From positions 192,001 to 256,000 of the forward strand of contig CAWCNS010000009.1 in NCBI GenBank assembly GCA_963796965.1: a DNA stretch of 64,000 bases, in the 5' to 3' direction. Both the position numbers and the translations under genes were made by a program. Below the pieces are notes generated by a model. That model was not told the origin of the DNA. It ran no database searches and worked only from the letters and a program-made list of their open reading frames with translations. Origin of the DNA: Calditrichia bacterium. Its GTDB lineage: Bacteria; Calditrichota; Calditrichia; JAJRVZ01. Positions 1 to 12,065 of the stretch are shown one piece after another. Each line of letters starts with the position of its first letter. Position 1 is the stretch's first letter.

Positions 1-1091
1 CTACCCGCTTCAACCTCCAGATTTAAATTTTTTAACACGGTTTCACTTTTTTCATCATAAGCAAAGGTCAACTCTCTGAGAGAAATACCTCCGTTGATCT
101 GATCAATTTCTTCCTCAACAAGATCATCGGTTATATCAGGCGGTGTATTGAGGATCACATTGATACGTTCCATCGATGCCGCCCCTTGTTGGAAAATACC
201 AACCACCCATCCCAGGGCAATTGATGGCCATACCAACATCCCCAAATAGAGGGTAAAGGCAACAAATTCTCCCAACGTAATAATTTCATCAACAATTTGA
301 ATGCCCCCAATAAACAGCACAAGAATAACCCCAATCCCAACAATAAACATCATCATAGGATGGAAGGCCGCATAGACCCGTACAAAGGACATATTTTTTT
401 CCACATATTCCTGATTCAGACGATCGAAATCTTCCGTCTCAAATTTCTCCTGCACATAGGACTTAATAATTCTAATTCCCGAAAAACTTTCCTGCGCCTT
501 GGTACTTATTTTTGATAATTGGGCCTGGATCTTCTGAAATCTTTTATGGATCTGCATGCCAAACTTATAAACCAAAAAAGCCATAAAGGGGATGGGTAAC
601 AAACCGACCATTGTAAGAAAAGGATTGATCGTCAACATCATCCAGATCACAAAAATAAAAGTAACAATGGTATTGATCGAATACATGATGCCCGGTCCAA
701 GTACGGCCCGAACAGAATTGAGATCGTTTGTCATGCGTGACATGATATCACCGGTGGCCATGTTCTGGAAAAAACGTGGCGACATTAATTGAAGATGGGC
801 AAAAAGATCATTTCGGAAATCATTCTCAATCATCCGTGAACCGACAATAACTGTCTGGCGCATTAAAAACCGGAATATCCCCTGCCCCAAAGCAATCAAA
901 ACCACATAGGTCGCATAGATCAAAAGTTGCTTAACTTCAATATCCTTGGCCAGATAATCAATCGCCTGTCGGACCACAAGAGGATTGAGGATAGCGATTC
1001 CATTAGAGATGGCAATAAAAAGCGTACCTATGAGGATTCTGAATCTATAGCGAATGAGGTATTTATATAAATACCTGAATGTCTCAACGAT
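1..1091 (-). CDS. ABC exporter, fused permease/ATP-binding (MsbA/YheI-like), 3' part runs off the window
   Basis: Minus-strand translation gives 'FRFLMRQTVIVGSRMIENDFRNDLFAHLQ...TGDIMSRMTNDLNSVRAVLGPGIMY...ITLGEFVAF..YLGMLVWPSIALGW...QQGAASMERI...ELTFAYDEKSETVLKNLNLEVEAG'. No in-frame ATG/GTG/TTG at the 5' end; an ATC lies 6 nt after GGAG, so the start is uncertain. Confidence 0.85.
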   Translation of the reverse strand, partial: MVETFRYLYKYLIRYRFRILIGTLFIAISNGIAILNPLVVRQAIDYLAKDIEVKQLLIYATYVVLIALGQGIFRFLMRQTVIVGSRMIENDFRNDLFAHLQLMSPRFFQNMATGDIMSRMTNDLNSVRAVLGPGIMYSINTIVTFIFVIWMMLTINPFLTMVGLLPIPFMAFLVYKFGMQIHKRFQKIQAQLSKISTKAQESFSGIRIIKSYVQEKFETEDFDRLNQEYVEKNMSFVRVYAAFHPMMMFIVGIGVILVLFIGGIQIVDEIITLGEFVAFTLYLGMLVWPSIALGWVVGIFQQGAASMERINVILNTPPDITDDLVEEEIDQINGGISLRELTFAYDEKSETVLKNLNLEVEAG

Positions 1092-1353
1092 GATAATCTC
1101 CGGATGTTTTAAATAATGAAAATGAAGTTATAACCATATTATGTTAAAATCAATCTGCCGGGATAACTCTTTGCTTTAAACGGTCCAAACCCCTCAAAGA
1201 ATTCCACCGTTTTTTGAAATTTAAGATATCATACTTTGAAAAGTTAGCATACTATTGTAATTTTAATCCATTGAATTGATACCTTAGTATGATTTTGTTA
1301 TTAATTACAGAATTACACAAATTCAAATCGGGTCAAGGTATCGACGCGATTCA

Positions 1354-3062
1354 GAGGCTGAGTGAAAAAAACCACACAACCTCAAATTTTTAAAGAAATC
1401 TAACATAATATATTGTTATTTATTAAATTAGGTTAATTATTTAAAATTAACCGGACTATATCTATGCATTATATTTTTCCAGATGATCGTAACCAGGTTA
1501 CTTTCATGCAATAGCTCGATGACTTGGTTCCCTATGACCATTACGTTCGATTGATCGATGCTCTTATTGATGCTATTGTGTCAGCTAACACGGAAGAATT
1601 TGCCTATAAGGGGCAAAAGAACTGCGGACGTCGTGCGTATAACCCTGTAACGATGTTAAAACTTTTTCTTTATGGTTATTTAAATAGCATCAAAACCAGT
1701 CGCAAATTAGAACGCGAATGTCATCGTAATATCGAAGTTATTTGGCTTATAGGCAACCTTAAACCAGATCATAAAAGTATTGCTGACTACCGCAAAGATA
1801 ATGCTGCTGCAATTAAATATGTTACCAAAAAGTTTCGCCACTTTCTTAGAGACAAAGGCTACATCCAGGGAAAATTGATTGCTATTGATGGCAGCAAAGT
1901 GAAAGCCAATACCAACAAAGATATGCTAACTATCAAGAAAATTGAACGTCGTTTAGACCACTTGGACAAAAAACTTGATCAATATTTAGAACAGTTATTG
2001 ATAAATGATCGCAGGGAAGATCTTTTAGAAGAAATTGACGAATCTTCTTCCGATGATGACTTCAAGGATCTCGGTAGTACGAATCAGGTCTTGCTTGATA
2101 AAATCTCCAAACTTCAGAAACAGGTAAAAAATCTGCAAAAACAAAAAGATATTTTACTATCACAATAACGAACCTCTATGAGGCAGAGTGATCGACAGGC
2201 TAACTTAATGCGCAGTCGCGATGGAATGATTACAGCCTATAATACCCAGATTGCTGTTGATCAGGCCAATCACATGATCGCACACAGCCACGTTTTTGAT
2301 GCCTCAAACGATACCAATCTTATAGAACAGATGCTCAAAGAATTAGAACAGGAAACAGATTTAATACCTGAGGCTGCCGTTACCGATAGCGGATACTATA
2401 ACCTGACTCAGATAGAAAACGTCGAAAATACAAATAAAACGACCTGTTATGTTCCAAGGCCAAAACACAGATATGATGATCGCGCTATCACTTTTAACTA
2501 TGATGAAGAACAAGATGAATACCGTTGCTCAGAAGGTAAACGATTAATAAGAAAACAGAAAAACAAAGTTGATAACGGTCAACGATACGATGTCTATCAA
2601 GGTATTGAATGTGACCGATGCATCTCGAGAACACAATGTACAACTTCTAAATATGGACGTCTTATCCAACGTTATCATAATCAGAGTTGGCGTGATACTT
2701 ATCGTCGTCGTATGTCAGGCATCACCGCTAAGAAAATGATCCATCTTCGCAAGCAAATGGTTGAGCATCCCTTTGGTACGATTAAATATTGGATGGGAAA
2801 AATTACATTGCTTCTCCGAGGTAAGAAAAAAGTGACAACTGAAATAAATATCTTCACGACAGTTTATAATTTTAGGCGATTATTATCTATAGAATCATAT
2901 CAGGATATTATGGATATGATTCAGAGATATGACTGGAAAATGGCTTGATATCTAAGTCATTTTGTTTTTCATTGCCTAAATCGGGCATTTTTGGAATAAT
3001 ATTGTCAAAGAACAACTAAAAATCTGAAAATTTACTTAAAAATAAAGTATTGAGGCTGTGTT
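1354..3062 (+). mobile_element. IS1182-family insertion sequence, copy 1
   Basis: Left end GAGGCTGAGTGAAAAAAACCACACAACCTCAA at 1354. Partial inverted match TTGAGGCTGTGTT at ~3050, cut off by copy 2. Encloses the transposase. Confidence 0.75.
1464..2948 (+). pseudogene. IS1182-family DDE transposase with two in-frame stops (TAG 1512, TAA 2166)
   Basis: Motifs 'GRRAYNP..MLKLFLYGYLN.I.SRKLEREC..NIEVIWL...KPDHKSIADYR', 'AIDGSKVKAN', 'YNTQIAVD', 'DSGYY' and 'RKQMVEHPFGTIK'. ATG 1464 and the ORFs at 1524 and 2178 share one frame. Confidence 0.9.
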
Positions 3063-3065
3063 TCT

Positions 3066-4539
3066 ATGTATTATATTTTTCCAGATGATCGTAAACTGGT
3101 TACTTTCAACTTATTGCTTGATTACTTGTTAACTATGACGATTACGTTCGATTGATCGATGCTCTTATAGATGCTATATTGTCAGCTAACCAGGAAGAAT
3201 TTGCCTATAAGGGGCAAAAGAACTCCGGACGTCGTGCGTATAACCCTGTAACGATGATAAAACTTTTTATTTATGGTTATTTAAATAGCATCAAAACCAG
3301 TCGCAAATTAGAACGCGAATGTCATCGTAATATCGAAGTTATTTGGCTTATAGGCAACCTTAAACCCGATCATAAAAGTATAGCTGACTACCGCAAAGAT
3401 AATGCTGCTGCAATAAAATATTTACCACAAAGTTCGCAATCAGAAGGCACAAAGGTACATCAGGGAAAATTGATTGATAAGAGGGAAGCAAAGTGAAAGC
3501 CAATACCAACAAAGATATGCTAACCATCAAGAAAATTGAACATCGTTTAGACCACTTGGACAAAAAACTTGATCAATATTTAGAACAGTTATTGATAAAT
3601 GATCGCAGGGAAGATCTTTTAGAAGAAATAGACGAATCTTCTTCCGATGATGACTTCAAGGATCTAGGTAGTACGAATCAGGTCTTGCGTGATAAAATCT
3701 CCAAACGTCAGCAACAGGTAAAAAACTGCAAAAACAAAAGATATTTACACTATCACAATAACGAACTCTATTAGCCAGAGTGATCGACAGGCTAACTTAA
3801 TGCGCAGTCGCGATGGAATGATTACAGCCTATAATACACAGATTGCTGTTGATCGGGCCCATCACATGATCGCCCACAGCCACGTTTTTGATGCCTCAAA
3901 CGATACCAATCTTATAGAACCGATGCTCAAAGAATTAGAACAGGAAACAGATTTAATACCTGAGGCTGCCGTTACCGATAGCGGATACTATAACCTGACT
4001 CAGAAAGAAAACGTCGAAAATACAAATAAAACGACCTGTTATGTACCAAGGCCAAAACAAAGATATGATGATCGCGCTATCACTTTAACTATGATGAGGA
4101 ACAAGATGAATACCGTTGCTCAGAAGGTAAACGATTAATAAGGAAACAGAAAAACAAAGTTGATAACGGTAAACGATACGATGTCTATCAAGGTATAGAA
4201 TGTGACCGATGCATCTCGAGAACCCAATGTACAACTTCTAAATATGGATGTCGTATCCAACGTTATCATAATCAGAGATGGCGTGATACTTATCGTCGTC
4301 GTATGTCAGGCATCACCGCTAAGAAAATGATCCATCTTCGCAAGCAAATGGTAGAGCATCCCTTTGGTACGATTAAATATTGGATGGGAAAAATTCCATT
4401 GCTTCTCCGAGGTAAGAAAAAAGTGACAACTGAAATAAATATCTTCACGACCGTTTATAATTTTAGGCGATTATTATCTATTGAATCATATCAGGATATT
4501 ATGGATATGATTCAGAGATATGAAAGAAAAATTTTATAA
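3066..4539 (+). pseudogene. Second, more degraded tandem copy of the same IS1182 transposase
   Basis: Near-identical to 1464-2933 at ~1.6 kb offset. Several frameshifts (ORFs 3152, 3493, 3800, 4303). Lacks its own IS ends. Confidence 0.9.
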
Positions 4540-4629
4540 TAAAAACTTTGTGTTTTTAGTGCCTTCTTGGTGCATTTGTGGTTAAATAACAGATAAACAC
4601 TTATGTTATCTATAAACCAAGGAATAAAA

Positions 4630-6550
4630 ATGAAATTTTCAATCAGCCTTTTAATTGTATTATTTATTATGACCGCTTGCAAAAAGGACAGTTCGCATCC
4701 CTTACAGCGAATCAAGTATAACAATCCCGGCCTGGTGGTCGATCTGGGTGTTGGCTTATGGGCCTGGCCCCTGCCAATTGATTACGATGGTGATGGTGAT
4801 AATGATCTGCTCGTATCGTGTAATGACAAACCCTATAATGGTATTTACTTTTTCGAAAATAAAAGCGGAAAAGTTAAAATGCCTGTCTTTGAACCACCCA
4901 TCCGAGTTGCCCCCGGCGAAAAAAACATTCAAATCTCCTATGTCAATAATAAATCCCATTTATTGACGCCTGCTATTGAGATTGAAGGTTTTCAGAAGGG
5001 TGATTTTGAGAATAAACGTACCATCTATGGTCAGGAGAATATCCATGAAGGAAAGATTCGCGCTAACCAGTGGAAGTATTGTGATTATGAGGGAGACGGT
5101 CTTCCTGATCTGATTGTTGGCATAGGTGACTGGAATGACTACGGTTGGGATAATGCCTTCAATGAAAAAGGCGAATGGACCCGCGGCCCCTTACATGGCT
5201 TTATCTATTTGATAAAAAACAGCGGAAGTATTAACACACCTCAATATGGCAAACCGGAATTACTCTATGCGGATAATCAACCCATAGACGTTTATGGGAT
5301 GCCCTCCCCCAATTTCGCTGATTTCGATGGTGATGGAGATCTCGATTTACTCTGTGGCGAGTTTGTAGACAGCTTCACCTATTTTGAAAATATTGGTTCG
5401 CGGGAAAAACCCCGTTATAAGAGCGGTTCAAAATTAATGTATAAGGATCAGCCCATAAAAATGGAATTGGAAATGATTGTCCCGGTTGCTTTTGATTGGG
5501 ATCAGGATGGGGATATGGATCTTGTCGTAGGACAGGAGGATGGCCGGGTCGCATTTATGGAACATAGCGGTGAATTTGACAATGGGATACCCCAATTTCT
5601 TCCTCCCAGATTTTTTCAACAACAGGCCGATGAAGTTAAATTCGGTGCATTGGCCACACCGGTCAGCGTTGATTGGGATAGTGATGGTGATGAAGATCTG
5701 ATATGTGGTAATACCGCCGGGTATATTGGATTTATTGAGAATCTCGATGGTGGTAATCCCCCGAGTTGGGCCTCACCCCTTATATTTAGAAGCAGAAGGC
5801 GAGACAATTCGGATCCAGGCCGGTTATAATGGTTCCATCCAGGGGCCCTGTGAAGCCAAATGGGGCTATACGACTCTGGATGTCGCCGATTGGGATCATG
5901 ATGGATTGCCTGACATACTCATCAATTCAATTTGGGGCAAAGTTCTCTGGTACAAAAATATTGGATCACTTTCAGAGCCGCGCCTGGCTTCTGCTGAACC
6001 GATAACCGTTGACTGGCCTGGTGCACCGCCAAAACCAGCATGGAATTGGTGGAATCCCGAAGACAATCATCTGGTTACGCAATGGCGTACCAGACCCCTG
6101 GTCATCGACTGGAACAAGGACGGTTTAAAGGACCTGGTAATGCTCGATCATGAAGGATTTCTTTCCTTTTTTGAACGGACAAAAAAGGGTACGGTATTGA
6201 TGTTATTGCCTGGTAAAAGAATATTTTACTCAAAGGATCAGGAGGGTTTGTTGCAACTCAATAAGAATATTGCCGGCGGGAGCGGTCGTCGAAAAATATG
6301 TATCACCGATTGGGATCAGGATGGACAGCCGGATTTACTCATTAACAGCAGGCCAAATGTAAATTTCATGCCCGGCTCCCTCAGAGAGAAGGGGACCTAT
6401 TATTTTGATGATAAGGGCGCAGTGGATAGCACCATTATTGCCGGACATACAACCAGCCCGACGGTTGTAGATTGGGATAAAAACGGTATCCCCGATCTTC
6501 TTGTCGGCGCCGAAGATGGATTTTTTTATTATTTGAAAAACCCCCGTTGA
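4630..6550 (+). CDS. FG-GAP/VCBS-repeat lipoprotein (one gene split by a frameshift near 5770)
   Basis: Lipobox-like 'FIMTAC' and repeated 'D(Y/F/W)DGDGDxDL' motifs in ORFs 4603-5829 and 5705-6550, which read as one continuous protein. Confidence 0.85.
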
Positions 6551-6579
6551 ATATTCAAGTTAAATGTGAGAAGAGAAGA

Positions 6580-6765
6580 AAAAGACAAACACAAATACAC
6601 CAAGTAGGCGCAAAGGACACAAAGAAAAATTTTAGGGTTTTAGATCTTGATTCATCTAAGTCATAGATTAAATCTTATATCGATACAAACCGAGATATAA
6701 TAAATAGAAAAAATCTTTTCTTTGAGATCTTTGTGGCTACTTTGTGCCCTTTGTGTTTGTCTTTT
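6580..6765. mobile_element. MITE-like inverted-repeat element, 9-bp-unit ends (family 1, copy A)
   Basis: AAAAGACAAACACAAA...TTTGTGTTTGTCTTTT ends with a shared AT-rich core 'TTTTAGGGTTTTAGATCTTG...AACCGAGATA...AATCTTTTC'. Confidence 0.75.
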
Positions 6766-6840
6766 ATCTTTTCTCAAATATGAATGGCCAGAAGTACCAG
6801 CGCTGCGTGAAAAAAAGCTAAACACAAAGGAGTATAACAC

Positions 6841-7743
6841 ATGAATAACACATTCTTATCCGCCTTAGCCGGGCGCGTACTGGTCTGCGATGGTGCCATG
6901 GGTACCATGCTGCAAGCAGCAGGCATGCCGGTCGGACATTGTTCTGAGGAATGGAATATCAGTCATCCCAAAGTTATCCAAAGTATCCACCAGGCCTATA
7001 TCGACGCCGGTGCTGACATCGTCGAAACCAATTCTTTCGGTGGAACCCGTTTCCGTCTCGAAGCCCATGGCCATGGAGATTCCGTTTCAGAGTTTAACCA
7101 AAAAGCGGCACAGATCGCCAAGTCCGTTTGCCCGGAAGGAAAATGGGTTGGTGGATCCGTCGGACCTACCGGTGAGTTTATGCAGCCCCTGGGAACCCGA
7201 TCATATGACGAGATCAAAGATGTTTTTAAGGAGCAGATCGGGTTTCTGATTTCAGGAGGAGCGGATATAATTATTGTTGAAACGATGAGTGATTTGCAGG
7301 AAGGTAAGGCGGCAATTGAGGCCGCACGATCACTTGACTCTGAAATCCCTGTAATAGGAACCATGACCTTTGAAAACAAACCAACCGGTTTTCGAACCAT
7401 GATGGGCGTTCAACCCGGTCAGATGATCGATTGCTATGGAGAAGCCGGGGCCAATGTGATCGGCGCAAATTGTGGTAGTGGAATGGAAGAGATGATCCAG
7501 ATATTGAATCTCTTAAGACCAGAAACACCCTTACCCATCTTAACACAGGCCAATGCCGGACTTCCGGAGACAGAAAGCGGTAAAATTATTTATAAAGAAA
7601 CTGCTGAAGACCGTTATCATTCTGTTATTGAAATTCTAAAAAATGGTGCAAATATTGTAGGGGGGTGTTGTGGAACCAATCCTGAACATATAAAAGCAAC
7701 AGCCCGGGCTGTTCAGGAATTTAATAAGCAGAATTTAAAATAA
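6841..7743 (+). CDS. Homocysteine S-methyltransferase domain protein (stand-alone MetH N-terminal module)
   Basis: 'DGAMGTMLQ', 'AGADIVETNSFG', 'GSVGPTG', 'IIVETM', 'GANC', 'NAGLP', 'VGGCCGT.PEHI'. Confidence 0.92.
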   Translation: MNNTFLSALAGRVLVCDGAMGTMLQAAGMPVGHCSEEWNISHPKVIQSIHQAYIDAGADIVETNSFGGTRFRLEAHGHGDSVSEFNQKAAQIAKSVCPEGKWVGGSVGPTGEFMQPLGTRSYDEIKDVFKEQIGFLISGGADIIIVETMSDLQEGKAAIEAARSLDSEIPVIGTMTFENKPTGFRTMMGVQPGQMIDCYGEAGANVIGANCGSGMEEMIQILNLLRPETPLPILTQANAGLPETESGKIIYKETAEDRYHSVIEILKNGANIVGGCCGTNPEHIKATARAVQEFNKQNLK

Positions 7744-8505
7744 ATATGCCGTACTAAACGTTACCCAAACCTGGGAAAAATTGAAGGTCTCATAAGAAGC
7801 GAACACCTCCGGATCCATGAGATCTCTATCTTTCTCGATCGTTTCTCGTATAAATTCTTCTGTTGTAGCCGGAAATGTTTTTTTAGGACGGAAATCGTAT
7901 CCCACCCGCAACTGAAAAGATAAAGACTCAACAAAAGGAATATGCCATCCTGCAAAAAACCGTCCGCCCATGACACCGCTATTCCGTTTAACCTTAATCG
8001 TTTGTACAAAAGCCGGGCGTTGATCAAAATAGTAGAATGATTCTGTCTCAATATAACTCGCATCAATTCCAGCACCCAAAACGATACTGGTCTGTGACGT
8101 ACTGATGTTAAATATGGGAATGGAATAAGTAAAGGTAAGACCAGCCTGGTAAATACTATAATCAAACCTCAGCCCTTGATCAATTTGATTTACAAAATCA
8201 ATGCTCTCACTGCCTACTTTTTTTCCCGTATATTGAAAATAGATAATATAAGAGAATTGATCGGCAAACAGGCTTTCATATTCTAAAAATGCGGTAAGAT
8301 TATCACCAAACGACGGAACCTCAACCCCCGGCCCCACTTTGGCCGTTTCTTCTTCGATCTCATCGATCATCGCATCAATTTGTCCGCTTGCAAGGGTCGA
8401 AACTCCGGCGCCTATCCGAAGCCTGTTATCTTTAGTAATCAGTTGTGCTGAAAGCATCGAGGCAAAAACAAACAAGAACATTAATATATAGCGTATTATC
8501 ATCAT
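7735..8505 (-). CDS. Secreted/outer-membrane beta-barrel protein
   Basis: Signal peptide, alternating beta-strand pattern, C-terminal 'STAYLF'. Confidence 0.65.
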   Translation of the reverse strand: MMIIRYILMFLFVFASMLSAQLITKDNRLRIGAGVSTLASGQIDAMIDEIEEETAKVGPGVEVPSFGDNLTAFLEYESLFADQFSYIIYFQYTGKKVGSESIDFVNQIDQGLRFDYSIYQAGLTFTYSIPIFNISTSQTSIVLGAGIDASYIETESFYYFDQRPAFVQTIKVKRNSGVMGGRFFAGWHIPFVESLSFQLRVGYDFRPKKTFPATTEEFIRETIEKDRDLMDPEVFASYETFNFSQVWVTFSTAYLF

Positions 8506-8610
8506 TGCTACCTAAATTTGTTTGGTCAATTTATAATCTTTTATGTGTCTTCATGTGCTTTGTGTATAGTATTTTCTCTCGCAGAGACGCAAAGACGCAG
8601 AGAAAAGTGA

Positions 8611-8797
8611 AAATATAAACACAAAGGACACAAAGAACCCACAAAGGGCTCAGAGAAAAGATTTTATATATATTTTTATATCTCGATTGGTGAAGATTTA
8701 TGGTTTTAATATATAATTTATAATTAGCGAGATTGAAAACCCTAAATACTTCTTTGTGCTCTTTGTGTCTTCTTAGTGAACTTTGTGTTTATCTTTT
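8611..8797. mobile_element. Family 1 MITE-like element, copy B (core reversed)
   Basis: ATAAACACAAAGGACACAAAG...CTTAGTGAACTTTGTGTTTATCTTTT; extra end fragments at ~8539-8605. Confidence 0.7.
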
Positions 8798-9001
8798 CCC
8801 CTCTAGCAGAGAAAGATAAAATATTTCTAACCGTATGCCATTGGAAAATATATTCCCAATTACTAAATTATTCAACCCATCAGTAAAAATAGGAAATAAA
8901 AAATAAATAGCAAATTATGACCAACAAGAACTTATAAACCGTATGCAGCGTTTAATTATTTTGTGTCACAAATATAATTACCGTTAAGGAGCAGATTTGT
9001 A

Positions 9002-10240
9002 ATGAATACTTCATATTATACTGAATTAGAAAATAAATATGGTGCACATAACTATCATCCCCTGGAAGTTGTAATAGACAAAGGTGAGGGTGTATGGGTT
9101 TGGGATGTTGAAGGTAAAAAATACATGGATTTCTTATCCGCTTATTCAGCCGTAAATCAGGGTCATTGTCATCCAAAGATTATCAAGGCCCTGAATGAGC
9201 AGGCCAGCAAATTAACCCTCACCTCACGTGCCTTTTATAATAGTGTACTGGGGGAATATGAAAAATATATAACAGAATTATTCGGTTATGATAAAGTTCT
9301 TCCCATGAATACCGGCGTGGAAGCGGTTGAGACCGCGATAAAATTAGCGAGAAAATGGGCCTATCAGGAAATGGGGATTCCCGAGAACCAGGCCAAAATC
9401 ATCTTTGCTGAGGGAAATTTTCACGGTCGCACCCTGGCGGTAATTTCTGCCTCGACGGATCCTGAAGCCAGAAATGGGTTCGGGCCTTTTATGCCTGGAT
9501 TTGAAACGATTCCTTACAATGATACAGAAGCCTTAGAAAAAGCCCTGAAGGACCCTAATGTTGCCGCCTTTATTGTTGAGCCGATTCAGGGTGAGGCCGG
9601 CGTGATGGTGCCCGATGAAGGTTATCTGCGGGAAGTGGCCCAGATCTGCCAGGAAAATGGTGTTTTGTTAATCGGGGATGAAGTACAAACCGGATTGGCC
9701 AGAACAGGAAAAATGCTGGCCTCTGATCACGAGGATGTCAAACCGGATATATTGATATTAGGAAAGGCCCTTTCAGGAGGCGTCCTTCCTGTTTCAGCCG
9801 TATTGGCCAATGATGAAATTATGCTGTCTATCCAACCGGGAGAGCATGGTTCAACTTTTGGCGGAAATCCATTAGCCGCCAGGGTAGCCATGGCCGCTTT
9901 GGATGTTTTACAGGACGAAAATCTGGCAGAAAATGCCGATAAATTAGGAAAATTATTTCGATCAGAAATTGAGAAAATTATAAGCGGATCATCCGTGGTA
10001 AGTAAAGTGCGTGGAAAGGGGCTTTTAAATGCCATCGTTATCAAACCCACCGATGACGGCCGTACAGCCTGGGATTTTTGTGTAGCGTTAAAAGAAATTG
10101 GTTTGTTGGCAAAACCGACCCATGGCGATATTATTCGTTTTGCACCACCATTGGTTATCAGCGAAGAAGAAATTTATTGGGCTGTGGATAAAATTAAAAC
10201 GGTCATCAATGAATTTGCACCAGAACCAGCTTCTGTGTAA
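9002..10240 (+). CDS. rocD: Ornithine aminotransferase
   Basis: 'YGAHNYHPL', '[16 protein letters not shown]', 'LTLTSRAF', '[18 protein letters not shown]', 'EPIQGEAGV', 'DEVQTG', 'GKALSGG', '[10 protein letters not shown]'. Confidence 0.96.
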   Translation: MNTSYYTELENKYGAHNYHPLEVVIDKGEGVWVWDVEGKKYMDFLSAYSAVNQGHCHPKIIKALNEQASKLTLTSRAFYNSVLGEYEKYITELFGYDKVLPMNTGVEAVETAIKLARKWAYQEMGIPENQAKIIFAEGNFHGRTLAVISASTDPEARNGFGPFMPGFETIPYNDTEALEKALKDPNVAAFIVEPIQGEAGVMVPDEGYLREVAQICQENGVLLIGDEVQTGLARTGKMLASDHEDVKPDILILGKALSGGVLPVSAVLANDEIMLSIQPGEHGSTFGGNPLAARVAMAALDVLQDENLAENADKLGKLFRSEIEKIISGSSVVSKVRGKGLLNAIVIKPTDDGRTAWDFCVALKEIGLLAKPTHGDIIRFAPPLVISEEEIYWAVDKIKTVINEFAPEPASV

Positions 10241-10241
10241 A

Positions 10242-11522
10242 TCAGATTATCGTATGATGTGGTATGACGGATCCTTTGGGGATGATGATGATCCCATCCC
10301 TGATGGCATAATTATCCTGAAAAGTTTCGGTCACCTGCTCTCTATTGATTAATTGTACACTATTTCCAATGGCCACATCCATGATCAACAATGGAATTCT
10401 TTATAACCGAATTACGACCTAATCCCCAGATTTGGCTTATTCTCTTCCAGATTCTTTTTACGCTCTTCCACAGTTTCATATCTCGTATTCCCCATGATGA
10501 TCGAACGGTGTATATACGTACCAGAATCAATAAAAGCACGGATACCAATGCTCGCATTTTCGATCGTTGATTCGAGAATGATCGCTCCCTCCGTCACAAT
10601 GGCATGATTGATATGACAATTGATGATTTTTGTTGAAGGCAGATAACGGGGTCGGGTAAAAAAGCCTTTGTTTTCATCATAAAAACTGAATCGGGGCAGG
10701 GATTCTGTCAACTCCATATGGGTGTCAAAAAAACTCCTGATACTCCCAATATCCTCCCAATAGCCATCAAAAAAGTATGCATAAACCTTATTTTTTTTAA
10801 GGCTGGCCGGAATCACCTCACGTCCAAAATCCTCCATCGTACTGTTGGCCAGCATATTTAAAAGAACCTCCCTTTTAAATATATAGATACCCATGGAGGC
10901 AACATGCGCCCGCCCTTCCGGATTGATATCAAAATTATTAAATAAAGCCGGATTAACACGAAGATCTTCTAGCAAAGCGGGATCTTCAGGTTTCTCATAG
11001 AAATTGGTAATCCGCCCTTTACTGTTGGCTTTAAGAATGCCAAATTCACGCGTTTCATGTTCATGAACCGGTTTGACAGATATCGTAATATCCGCATCCT
11101 TCTCCAGATGATATTGAAAATATTTTCCATAATCCATCTGGTAAAGATGATCACCACCCAATATAATCACATGGTCACTGGCCGATTCAAAATATTGTAT
11201 ATTTTGCCTGACGGCATCGGCTGTCCCCTGGTACCAGTTTTGGTTATCCGCGGTTTGCTGGGCTGCCAATATTCTGATATAACCCGGAGAAAAGTTATCA
11301 AAACGATAGGTATTATGAATATGACGATGCAGGGATTCCGTATTAAATTGTGTTAAGATAAAGATCCGTTTAATACCGGCATGAATACAATTACTGATCG
11401 GAATATCAATGAGTCTGAATTTTCCGGCGATGGGAACAGCTGGTTTTGCTCTAAGACTTGGTGAGCGGTTCCAAACGTGTCCCCCTGCCACCGCCCAAAA
11501 TTATTGCTGTAATCTCGCTCAT
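10242..11522 (-). CDS. glgC: Glucose-1-phosphate adenylyltransferase (apparent frameshifts near both ends)
   Basis: Reconstructed N-terminus 'MSEITAIILGGGRGTRLEPLT' joins 'RAKPAVPIAGKFRLIDIPISNC', 'WYQGTADAVRQ', 'GDHLY', 'SMGIY', 'YWEDIG'. Tail '...IRDGIIIIPKGSVIP' ends at TGA 10242. Confidence 0.93.
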
Positions 11523-11590
11523 ATTTTCCCCACTTTAAAAGATATGAAATCTGATTAGTCAGTCAACTTTTTTGCGTTCTCTGCGTGAGA

Positions 11591-11770
11591 AAAAGATAAA
11601 CACAAAGGACACAAAGAAGCCACAAAGTGCACGAAGAAAAGATTTCTTCTATATATTTAATATCGGCATATATAGATCTGTGATTTTAAACTACAATTAA
11701 CAGTTAGCAAATATCTTAAAACTCTAAAATATTTTCTCTGCGCTCTCTGCGTCTCTGCGTCTCTGCGAGA
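11591..11770. mobile_element. Family 1 MITE-like element, copy C
   Basis: AAAAGATAAACACAAAGGACACAAAG left end, reversed core, CTCTGCGTCTCTGCG-type right end. Confidence 0.65.
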
Positions 11771-12065
11771 GAAAAAATAAACACAAAGGACACAAAGAAT
11801 TAAGCAGAACATTATATAAATAAAAAAGGTGGTATAAAGAGTTAAAAAATATATTGATATAATGCCTATAAAATATCGATTAGCAAAAACAGAATCAACC
11901 TATTAGTATAATTATAGATGACTATTTTGTGGATCTTGTTAACCAAAACAACAACTATCTAAAAGATTAGAAATAATGGACATATTTTTATAAATTAGTC
12001 GGAATAGTTAAATGATAATTGGTGAATATATTTTAACTGGATTGATACGTTTATTTGGTATTTAT

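Noticed and set aside
6770..6840. SAM or cobalamin riboswitch upstream of the methyltransferase
   Set aside because: No riboswitch consensus is visible; the leader is occupied by repeat sequence.
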